A DNA stretch of 25,583 nt from Gammaproteobacteria bacterium (GTDB lineage Bacteria > Pseudomonadota > Gammaproteobacteria > UWMA-0217). Under the pieces are notes generated by a model. It worked only from the letters and a program-made list of their open reading frames with translations. It had not been told where the DNA came from and ran no database searches. Both the position numbers and the translations under genes were made by a program. Shown here in pieces: positions 7,983-15,420 of the stretch. The DNA lies in the NCBI GenBank assembly GCA_011330835.1, contig DRPO01000178.1:1-25583 (forward strand). The letters are read 5' to 3'. Numbering within the stretch: the stretch's first letter is position 1; every line of letters starts with the position of its first letter.

Positions 7983-9047
7983 TTACCCTCCCGCCGTCCC
8001 GGCGATCATCGACCAGCCTTTCGAGCGTAGCGTTTCCTTCACGCCGGGCACGGCGAGGTAATCGCCATCCACGACCTCGACCTTGGCGCGCGCGCGCAGC
8101 CTTTCCAGCTCCTCTTCCAACGCCAGCTCGCGATGCTCGCGCAACCATAGCTGGATAGCGCGCTTGCGTACTCGGGAAAGCGGATTCAAATGGGCGGCCT
8201 GGCGCTCCTCCAGCTTCAGCAGCGAGAAGCCTTCCAGCAGTTGCACCGGTTCGCTGACCTGCCCGGGGCGCAACTCGTCGAGCACCTTCTTCGCGGTTTC
8301 GCCCAGCATGCCCCGGTGCAGATAGCCGAGATCGCCACCCTGCTCGGCTGAGGGATCGCCGGAATAGCGTCTTGCCAGTTCACCGAAGTCTTCGCCGGCG
8401 CGTATCCGTTTCAGTATCCCATCCGCCTGCTCCTTGGCCTTCACCCAGGCCTGCGTACCGGCATAGGGTTCCACCTTCAGCAGGATCACGCGCGCGTGCA
8501 CCTTGCCGGGATTGCTGAATTTCTCGGGATAGCGGCGATAGTAGGCCGTCAACTGCTTCTCATCCGGCGGGGGAATATCCTTGATGTGCGCGATGAGTTG
8601 CTGCAACAGGCTCTCTCTTTCGAGCGAACGGCGTAACGCCGCCTCGACCTGTTTCTCCTGGTTCGCGTTCCAGCGCGGATCTTTCCGCAGCCTGTCCATC
8701 TGTCGCGTGAGCCGTTTCGAGACCCATTGCCCATCGGGTTTCATACCCAGGTGGCGGGCCTGCTGTTCCAGCAGCACCGCGTCGATCAGGTTCAGGCCGA
8801 CCTCTTTCTTGTACGACAGCAGCTCGCTCTCCGGCGGCTTGCCGTGATAGAAACGGGTACGCAATCCTCGTTGAAAGGTCCGGATATAGCGCTGCAACGT
8901 CACGCGCTCGCCGTTGACGACCGAGAATACCGCCGCCTTGTCCGGTTTCTCCGCGGCGCTGGCATTGGCCGATACGCCAAGAGACCAGCCAGCCAGTACC
9001 GAGAAGACCAGTGTCAGGATGATGATCGTGTCGTTTCTTGACCTCAT
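7983..9047 (-). CDS. Exported parvulin (PpiC-type) peptidyl-prolyl isomerase, SurA/PrsA-like chaperone
   Basis: AGGAGAG RBS before ATG 9047; N-terminal signal; SurA-N-like helical region; rotamase motif VHARVIL...GEDFGELARRYSGDPSAEQGGDLG...L.PGQVSEPV. Confidence 0.92.
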   Translation of the reverse strand: MRSRNDTIIILTLVFSVLAGWSLGVSANASAAEKPDKAAVFSVVNGERVTLQRYIRTFQRGLRTRFYHGKPPESELLSYKKEVGLNLIDAVLLEQQARHLGMKPDGQWVSKRLTRQMDRLRKDPRWNANQEKQVEAALRRSLERESLLQQLIAHIKDIPPPDEKQLTAYYRRYPEKFSNPGKVHARVILLKVEPYAGTQAWVKAKEQADGILKRIRAGEDFGELARRYSGDPSAEQGGDLGYLHRGMLGETAKKVLDELRPGQVSEPVQLLEGFSLLKLEERQAAHLNPLSRVRKRAIQLWLREHRELALEEELERLRARAKVEVVDGDYLAVPGVKETLRSKGWSMIAGTAGG

Positions 9048-9126
9048 CAAAAGCTCTCCTGCCCGGATTCAGAGGTATCCGGACGGTCCGCAACGGTGGC
9101 ACGCTGCCGACATATTATTGTTCTCC

Positions 9127-9170
9127 GACGTTCAGCCGGCGGGAGGAGACACATCCCGCGACTGAACGTC
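9127..9170. terminator. Intergenic stem-loop (attenuator or mRNA-stabilising hairpin) after the first gene of the leftward operon
   Basis: GACGTTCAG (9127-9135) / CTGAACGTC (9162-9170) perfect arms with inner GCGGGA/TCCCGC; no clear U-tract. Confidence 0.4.
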
Positions 9171-9214
9171 CCACCACGGTTGCTTCCCGGAGATCGGGAA
9201 AGCACCGGCGTCCG

Positions 9215-10042
9215 CTACTTGATATGGCAAGCCAGACAGACGTCGCTGTTGTCGTTGTCGATGCGTAGGAACTGCACCGGTTGCGAGGCGGTATTGTGCG
9301 GATCGTGACAGCTCGCGCACTCCACGGCGGGGCCGGCGGTAACGATGTTGCCGTCACCGGCATCACGCGTATACAGGATCATGTCGGTTTTCTGCCGATT
9401 CGCGGAACCCCCGATCGAGGTATTCACCCACCATTGTGGATTGCCGTTGATGCTGGCAAAGTCGGCGGGCTGGAAATCCGGGTCGCCCGTCGACGCGGTC
9501 TGTGGCGTGCAAGGGCCTGGCGTGGCACTCGCGCAGGCGCCGCCAGCGTACTCGATACTGATCGGATGATCGTTGCGCAGATCGGTACCGAGCATGGGTA
9601 CCGGGCTGCCCGTCATCTCGTTACCCGGCGTACCCGTCCCGAAAGAACCAAGCCCCGACCCTGGCGCATTGATGACCGCATCCATCGCCTGGGTGCCGTC
9701 ATGACAGGAGAGGCAGGCGATGGAAACCGAACCCACCGTGGCTTCCTTACCATCCAGCGTCGCGGTACCAAGATCCGAGTAGCGTTGATAACCGGCGCCA
9801 CCCAGGCCAGTCAGATTCTTGTTCCACAGGGGAGCGGCCGCCGATGTGTCCGATCCGTGAGGCGTATGACAGAAGACACACACCTCCGTGGTTCCACCCA
9901 GTGGGCTGTTACCGCTGATCTGGCTGCTGCCGCTGGCGCCAAGATTGTGCTTGCTGTTTGCGTCCCCAATCCCGGCCACGGCGGGGATGGCCGCGACCGC
10001 TCCCGCCACCACGGCCCAGGACATGCTGGTTAGTCTACTCAT
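9215..10042 (-). CDS. OmcE-like tetraheme cytochrome c (paralog A)
   Basis: GGGAGG RBS; signal peptide; SKHNL, CVFCHTPH, PLWN, CLSCHDG, LGTDLRNDHP, CASCHDPH, FLR, CLACH: 4 CXXCH plus 4 spare His. Confidence 0.9.
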   Translation of the reverse strand: MSRLTSMSWAVVAGAVAAIPAVAGIGDANSKHNLGASGSSQISGNSPLGGTTEVCVFCHTPHGSDTSAAAPLWNKNLTGLGGAGYQRYSDLGTATLDGKEATVGSVSIACLSCHDGTQAMDAVINAPGSGLGSFGTGTPGNEMTGSPVPMLGTDLRNDHPISIEYAGGACASATPGPCTPQTASTGDPDFQPADFASINGNPQWWVNTSIGGSANRQKTDMILYTRDAGDGNIVTAGPAVECASCHDPHNTASQPVQFLRIDNDNSDVCLACHIK

Positions 10043-10121
10043 TTAATTTCCTCCCGCCTTGCTATTTATTTAAGGCTTGTTGATCGTAGGCGACAGACAC
10101 ACGCCTGTCCCCAGCTACCCA

Positions 10122-10137
10122 AGCAATCCGCGTGCCA
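10122..10137 (-). promoter_or_regulatory. sigma54 -24/-12 promoter for the main leftward operon
   Basis: TGGCACGCGGATTGCT on the minus strand, exact TGGCAC-N5-TTGCW consensus, about 80 nt upstream of ATG 10042. Confidence 0.85.
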
Positions 10138-10239
10138 AACACGCCGATGCCCAAGCAATGGCGCTTCCCGCGCATTCCGACGCCTGATTTCTCATAAACG
10201 GGAAGGCTGTTTTTCCCGCTTTCGAGACTCGCCGCCTTT

Positions 10240-11067
10240 TCACTTGGCATGGCAACTGCTACAGATGTGGCTGCCGGCATTGTTCATGCGCAGAAAGCTC
10301 ACCGGCGTCGAGTCGGCGTTATGTGGGTCGTGGCAACTGGCGCATTCGACCGAGGGGCTGCGGTTTCCGCCCGCGCCGTTGCCGCTGCCCCGCGTATACA
10401 GAATCATGTCGCTCTTCTCGCGCAGCGCGGTGCCGCCCCGGGTATCGACCCACCACTGGGGCACACCGTTGATATTCGCGTAACTCGCCGGGTTGAAATC
10501 CGCGCCGGCCGGGCCGGGCGCGGTTGGGTCACAACCCCCCACGACTCCGTTGCAGGCGCCGCGCGCGTATTCGACATTGACCGGATGTCCGCGTAACCAG
10601 TCCGACGCTGCAAACCCCGAGCCTGGCACCCAGAAGCCAGGTCCGCTGCCCCCGGCATTGATGATCGCGTCCACCGCCTGCGTGCCGTCGTGACATGACA
10701 GGCAGGAGATGGAAACCGAGCCGACGACGCGTGACTTGCCGCCCAGCATCGCCGTGCCGAGGTCGGCGTAACGCTGATAGCCGTCGCCCGCGCTGGATGG
10801 CACCCACAGCGGGTCGGTCTCGCGATCCGCCACCCCACTGGGGGTATGGCAGAACACGCAAAGATCGGTTTCCACCACATCGGCGCCCGCGTCCGCGCTT
10901 CCGGAACGGGCCGAAAGATCGTGTTTGCTGCCGACAAAGCCGGCGCGCGCCTGTCCGGGCCGGAATGCAACGACCAGCAACAGCATCGAAAAGGCAAGGA
11001 CGACAATGCCAGCCGGCAACACGATGAACCTCGCCGAATACCCATATGCATACTTACACGTCACCAT
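10240..11067 (-). CDS. OmcE-like tetraheme cytochrome c (paralog B, one distal His replaced)
   Basis: SKHDL, CVFCHTPS, CLSCHDG, LRGHP, CASCHDPH, FLR, CSSCH; long segments closely similar to paralog A (YQRY.DLGTA.L.GK...GSVSI.CLSCHDGTQA.DA.IN; INGxPQWWV; K.DMILYTR). Confidence 0.9.
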   Translation of the reverse strand: MVTCKYAYGYSARFIVLPAGIVVLAFSMLLLVVAFRPGQARAGFVGSKHDLSARSGSADAGADVVETDLCVFCHTPSGVADRETDPLWVPSSAGDGYQRYADLGTAMLGGKSRVVGSVSISCLSCHDGTQAVDAIINAGGSGPGFWVPGSGFAASDWLRGHPVNVEYARGACNGVVGGCDPTAPGPAGADFNPASYANINGVPQWWVDTRGGTALREKSDMILYTRGSGNGAGGNRSPSVECASCHDPHNADSTPVSFLRMNNAGSHICSSCHAK

Positions 11068-11208
11068 GCTTATCTATTCCATCCTCGTGTACCGCGTGCC
11101 CGGGGAGCGATCATTCGCGGCAGACCGTGCCAAGGCGGTCGAGCGGGAATCGGACCCGACAATCGCCCGGAGATAGGCGCGCGATACGCCAGGCTTCAGC
11201 AATATGCC

Positions 11209-11224
11209 AGCAACCCTCGTGCCA
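11209..11224 (-). promoter_or_regulatory. sigma54 -24/-12 promoter for tetraheme paralog B
   Basis: TGGCACGAGGGTTGCT on the minus strand, exact consensus. Confidence 0.85.
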
Positions 11225-11269
11225 AGATTCGAAATTCGACGACTTCCGTTACGCCGCATGCGATTCGGC

Positions 11270-11285
11270 TGGCGTGAAAATTGCT
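11270..11285 (+). promoter_or_regulatory. sigma54 -24/-12 promoter for NHL-2
   Basis: TGGCGTGAAAATTGCT (GG-N10-GC); unusually close to ATG 11300. Confidence 0.65.
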
Positions 11286-11299
11286 TGCACATTGGAGCA

Positions 11300-12376
11300 A
11301 TGACTATTCACCGTACATCGGGAACGCCTCCCGGGCGCCTCATCGCCGTCCTGTGCCTCGTTGTGCTGCTGTCGGCCTGCGCGGGTCCGGCGCGAAAACA
11401 AGCGAACGACTGGAGTGGACTGCGCTGGCCGCCGCCTCCCGAACAGGCCCGTTTTCGTTATGTCACCACACTGCGTAACCACAAGGACATCGAGCGAGGC
11501 AAAGAGGAAACCAGACTGCGCGATACCATCACCGGGGTTGCCGGCGCGCCGGTCCCGACGCCGTTGAAGGAGCCCTACGCGATCGTCGCGAATGGAGGCC
11601 GCTTGTATGTATCGGACATCCGCATCAACCGTATCCATGTCTTCGACATCCCACGTGGACGCTACTTCACGATGGGCTATCGATTCGAGGGGAAACTGGC
11701 AAAACCACTCGGCATGGCCTTGCGTGAGGAGGCACTCTACGTCGCCGATGTAAAACAACGTCGGGTCGTGGTCTACGACCCGCTGGGGCTTTACCAGCGC
11801 AGCATCGGTGACGAGAAGGATCTGACACGGCCGACCGATGTCGCGCTCAGCCCGGATGGCCAGCGTATCTATGTCGTGGATACCGGCGGGGTGGAAAGCC
11901 AGGACCATCGCATCGTGGTCTTCGACCACGAGGGGAAGAAACTTTTCACCATCGGCAAACGCGGGTCCGCGCCGGGGGAATTCAATCTGCCCGTCGCGCT
12001 GACCATCGTCGCCGACGGCACGTTGTATGTCCTCGATGCCGGCAACTTCCGCGTCCAGGCGCTGGATCCGGATGGCAAGCCGTTGCGCGCATGGGGAACG
12101 GTCGGCAACAACCCGGGACAGTTCGCGCGCCCCAAGGGCATCGCCCACGACCGCGACGGCAATATCTACGTGGTGGATGCCGCCTTCGGCAACGTGCAGG
12201 TCTTCGACCCGGAGGGCCGGCTGCTGCTGCCGATGGGGAAACGTGACGAGGCCGACGATCGCCCCGGGCGTTACGGTCTGCTCACGGCTGTCGACCTGGA
12301 CGAGAAGGGCTATCTGTATCTGCTCGACAGGATGTTCAAGAAGATCGATGTCATACAGAAGCTCGAATCCCGTTAA
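11300..12376 (+). CDS. NHL-repeat beta-propeller lipoprotein (NHL-2)
   Basis: GGAG before ATG 11300; lipobox LSAC; WPPPPEQARFRY; NHL blades (PTDVALSPDG.RIYVVD, GEFNLP, GQFARPKGIA.D). Confidence 0.92.
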   Translation: MTIHRTSGTPPGRLIAVLCLVVLLSACAGPARKQANDWSGLRWPPPPEQARFRYVTTLRNHKDIERGKEETRLRDTITGVAGAPVPTPLKEPYAIVANGGRLYVSDIRINRIHVFDIPRGRYFTMGYRFEGKLAKPLGMALREEALYVADVKQRRVVVYDPLGLYQRSIGDEKDLTRPTDVALSPDGQRIYVVDTGGVESQDHRIVVFDHEGKKLFTIGKRGSAPGEFNLPVALTIVADGTLYVLDAGNFRVQALDPDGKPLRAWGTVGNNPGQFARPKGIAHDRDGNIYVVDAAFGNVQVFDPEGRLLLPMGKRDEADDRPGRYGLLTAVDLDEKGYLYLLDRMFKKIDVIQKLESR

Positions 12377-12563
12377 CAACGCCCGCGTTTCGTGGTGAAA
12401 ATTCCCGGATTCAAGAGAAATCTTCCCGGGCGTGGGAATTTCATAACGCTGAACGCGGGCCGTCGACTTGAGATCGCCCCTAGCCCGCTCTGTGCCACAA
12501 AGCCCACGGGTTGCCCGTGCGTCACGCCGCCGCACACACCCTTCCCGCTCGACACAAGAATAA

Positions 12564-12579
12564 TGGCCCGAATTTTGCT
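12564..12579 (+). promoter_or_regulatory. sigma54 -24/-12 promoter for the pentaheme paralog C
   Basis: TGGCCCGAATTTTGCT (GG-N10-GC, TTGCT) about 95 nt upstream of ATG 12673. Confidence 0.8.
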
Positions 12580-12672
12580 TGCCTGATCAGGTAGGGCGAA
12601 ACTTGTTAATAATTCAAAACAGTTTTCCGTAGGACTCCTTGAATACAGTTCGAATAAAAGAAGGAAACCGCT

Positions 12673-13590
12673 ATGGCATCGAGAGCGAGATCAAAAATAC
12701 TTACGACCGTGGTTTGCCTGTCCGCCGGCAGCGCGGCCCTTGCGGGCGGCGACGTACCCACGGAATTCACCAACCAGGGCGGTATCAAGAACACGCGCCA
12801 CAACCTGACGCAGAACGTACCGGGCATCAACAGCAGCCTGATGGATCTGCAACGCAACAACTATGGCGAGATCTGCGTGTACTGCCATACGCCCCACGGG
12901 GCCAATACCACGCCCGGCATGCCACTGTGGAACCGCCAGACACCCACCGGTCCCTACACCACCTATGACCAATTGAATACCACCACCCTGACGCAGACGG
13001 TAACCAGCCCGGGCGCGAATTCCCTGACCTGTCTCTCATGCCACGATGGTTCACTCGCCATCGACGCCATCATGAACATGCCCGGGCCCGGTCGCTACAG
13101 CGCCAACCCGGACATCTCCTTCCTGAATCAATGGGCCAATCCCGGCGGATCGACCTCCAGCCACGCCCACATGGGAGACCCCACCGGGGCCAACCCGAGT
13201 ACCGGCTGCATGGTCTGCCACAACGATGGCGGCTCGGGCAACTCCTTCCCGGACGCCACCGATTTCAGCGTATTCCTGATCGGCACGGACCTGAGAAACG
13301 ACCATCCGGTCGGCGTCAGCTTCCCCTCCAGCGGCGCCGCCGCGGGTTTCAATACACCTACCCCGGTATCGAGCAGCCTGGCGGTGTTCGATACCAATGG
13401 CAACAACCGCGCCAATACCAACGAGATCCGCGTGTATGACACCGGCGAAGGCTTCGAGGTGGAATGCGCCAGTTGTCATGATCCGCATGGCGTGCCCTCG
13501 GCCGGCCCCGGCAGCACCCACTACCCGACCTTTTTGAGGGTGGACAACAGCAATGGCAGCGCGGTCTGCCTTACCTGCCATATCAAGTAG
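12673..13590 (+). CDS. OmcE-like cytochrome c with an extra heme (pentaheme, paralog C)
   Basis: AAGGA RBS; signal peptide; IKNTRHNL, CVYCHTPH, PLWNR, CLSCHDG, inserted HAHM...CMVCH, IGTDLRNDHP, CASCHDPH, FLR, CLTCH. Confidence 0.92.
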   Translation: MASRARSKILTTVVCLSAGSAALAGGDVPTEFTNQGGIKNTRHNLTQNVPGINSSLMDLQRNNYGEICVYCHTPHGANTTPGMPLWNRQTPTGPYTTYDQLNTTTLTQTVTSPGANSLTCLSCHDGSLAIDAIMNMPGPGRYSANPDISFLNQWANPGGSTSSHAHMGDPTGANPSTGCMVCHNDGGSGNSFPDATDFSVFLIGTDLRNDHPVGVSFPSSGAAAGFNTPTPVSSSLAVFDTNGNNRANTNEIRVYDTGEGFEVECASCHDPHGVPSAGPGSTHYPTFLRVDNSNGSAVCLTCHIK

Positions 13591-13705
13591 ATCCCCCGCG
13601 CGTCCTCCTCGATCCAGCGTGGCCCTCCTCGGGCCGCGCCGCCTCCAGGCGCGGACCGATACCGCGTTTGCGCCCGACCAATCCATTCATTCCTTCCCCG
13701 GGGAT

Positions 13706-13721
13706 TGGCATGTTCGTTGCT
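13706..13721 (+). promoter_or_regulatory. sigma54 -24/-12 promoter upstream of ECF sigma 1
   Basis: TGGCATGTTCGTTGCT (GG-N10-GC) about 210 nt upstream of ATG 13929. Confidence 0.7.
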
Positions 13722-13801
13722 TCCTTCATTCCATGCGCGCGACGAATGAACATTGCGCGCTATCGCCCCGGTTGGCTGCGGCGGGAATAAAACCGGTCGA
13801 T

Positions 13802-13829
13802 GGAATATCCGCGAGCCCCTCGTGTTTAT
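13802..13829 (+). promoter_or_regulatory. Putative autoregulatory ECF promoter GGAATA-N14-GTGTTTAT
   Basis: Same motif and spacer occur upstream of the second ECF gene (21395..21422, minus strand). Confidence 0.75.
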
Positions 13830-13928
13830 TATCTATATGAAGATAAGACGAGACATTCCATCCGACGAAACACGACAGAGAAAACTACAAAAATATGTTT
13901 CCTGGAAAACTGGAAAAGAGCTCGAACC

Positions 13929-14441
13929 ATGGATGATTTCGCTGAAAGACTGGTGGAGGAAATTCCGCACCTGCGCCGCTATGCAAGATCGCTCACCTGC
14001 GACGCGGAGCGCGGCGACGACCTGGTGCAGGACTGCCTGCACCGCGCCTGGAGCCGAATGCATCTGTGGCAGCAGGATGGCAACACGCGGGCCTGGCTGT
14101 TCACCATCATGCACAACATATTCGTCAATGATATTCGCAAGGCACAACGCCTCGCTCCCACGGAGCCGCTGGAGCTGCGTCAGCATGCCACCGTCGGCCA
14201 GTCGGATGGCGATCGGGCCATGTTGATGCGCGATCTCGAACAGGCGCTTGCCCAACTGCGGGCCGATCACCGCGAGGTGCTGATCCTGGTCGGCGTGGAG
14301 CAGATGAGCTATCAGGAGGTTGCCGATCTGCTCGACATCCCGCTAGGCACCGTCATGTCGCGTCTGCATCGCGCGCGTTCCAAGATGAGGGACTGGATGA
14401 ATGGGGAACAACCCAGGGTCACGCTGAGGCCGGTAACGTGA
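13929..14441 (+). CDS. ECF RNA polymerase sigma factor 1 (PrtI-like)
   Basis: Sigma region 2 (IPHLRRYARSL...DDLVQD...AWLFTIMHN) and region 4 (REVLILV...MSYQEVADLLDIPLGTVMSRLHRAR); start placed at ATG 13929. Confidence 0.95.
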   Translation: MDDFAERLVEEIPHLRRYARSLTCDAERGDDLVQDCLHRAWSRMHLWQQDGNTRAWLFTIMHNIFVNDIRKAQRLAPTEPLELRQHATVGQSDGDRAMLMRDLEQALAQLRADHREVLILVGVEQMSYQEVADLLDIPLGTVMSRLHRARSKMRDWMNGEQPRVTLRPVT

Positions 14442-15223
14442 GCAGCGAACCCTACTCCGCCGAGACACTGCATGCCTATGTCGATGGCGAATTGCAGGGC
14501 AAGGAGCATGCCCGCGTGCGGGCATGGCTACGCTGTCACCCGGATGCACAATCCACGGTCGATGATTTTCGCCGACTCAACGGAATGCTGCGCGAACTTT
14601 ACGCGCCGCTGCTCCAAGAGCCCGTGCCACGCGAGCTGTTGTCACCCGCCGCGCAAAGGCCGGGAAGCCGAAACTGGCGGAACGGCATCGCGGCCATCGC
14701 CGCTTCCGTCATGCTGCTTTCCATTGGCACGCTGATGGGCTGGCAACTGGCGCGCATGCAGACCGCCGCGCCCCAGGGCGGCGGCGAAGATATTGAAGCG
14801 GTAGCGCAGGAAGCCGCGATGGCCTACACCATCTACGCACCCGAGGTGCTGCATCCGGTGGAGGTATCCGGGGACAGGAGGAAGCGGCTTACCACCTGGC
14901 TGGGGAAACGCCTCGGCACGCATCTGATCGCGCCAAGCCTGTCGAAGCACGGCTATCACCTCCTTGGCGGCCGCCTGCTCTCCTCCGAAGACGGCCCCGG
15001 CGCGCTGTTGATGTACGAGAACGCGCAAGGTGGTCGCCTGGTGCTGTACACCTGTCACAACGACAGGGAAAGTTTGAAGTCGACACTCAGATTCTCCCGC
15101 GAACGGAATATCGCTGTCTATTACTGGACGCATGGCGGACTGTGGCACGCGCTGGCCGGCGAAACCGACCATGCGGTGCTGAAAGAGCTGGCGCGCTCGG
15201 CGCACCGCCAGATGAGCAGTTGA
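14438..15223 (+). CDS. Transmembrane anti-sigma factor 1 (PrtR/COG5662-like)
   Basis: GTG overlapping the sigma stop; LHAYVDGEL N-terminus, one TM helix, periplasmic domain YAPEVLHPVEV...WLGKRL...GYHLLGGRLL...GPGALLMYEN. Confidence 0.92.
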   Translation: MSSEPYSAETLHAYVDGELQGKEHARVRAWLRCHPDAQSTVDDFRRLNGMLRELYAPLLQEPVPRELLSPAAQRPGSRNWRNGIAAIAASVMLLSIGTLMGWQLARMQTAAPQGGGEDIEAVAQEAAMAYTIYAPEVLHPVEVSGDRRKRLTTWLGKRLGTHLIAPSLSKHGYHLLGGRLLSSEDGPGALLMYENAQGGRLVLYTCHNDRESLKSTLRFSRERNIAVYYWTHGGLWHALAGETDHAVLKELARSAHRQMSS

Positions 15224-15420
15224 CCCCTGACGAAATCCGACAGACTACCCGCCCCGGAAATGCGTTTCCCGACAGGCATCCGTGGCTCGAAGACGGTGAT
15301 TCATCCGAATCCCGCGGGACACCGTGCATGCGTTCCGTCGCTCGCCTGACGCACTCGCTATCGACTTCCCGTAATCGGGAAACCCGCCGCGAGATTTTCC
15401 TGAATTCGAGAGTCGCTCGC

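Noticed and set aside
9038-9050. FNR-like box TTGAC-N3-ATCAA
   Set aside because: Spacer is 3 nt rather than 4 and it overlaps the PPIase start codon.
11051-11079. GGAATA-N15-GTGTAAGT near the start of paralog B as a third ECF promoter
   Set aside because: Spacer and -10 differ from the two matching sites, and it overlaps the start codon.
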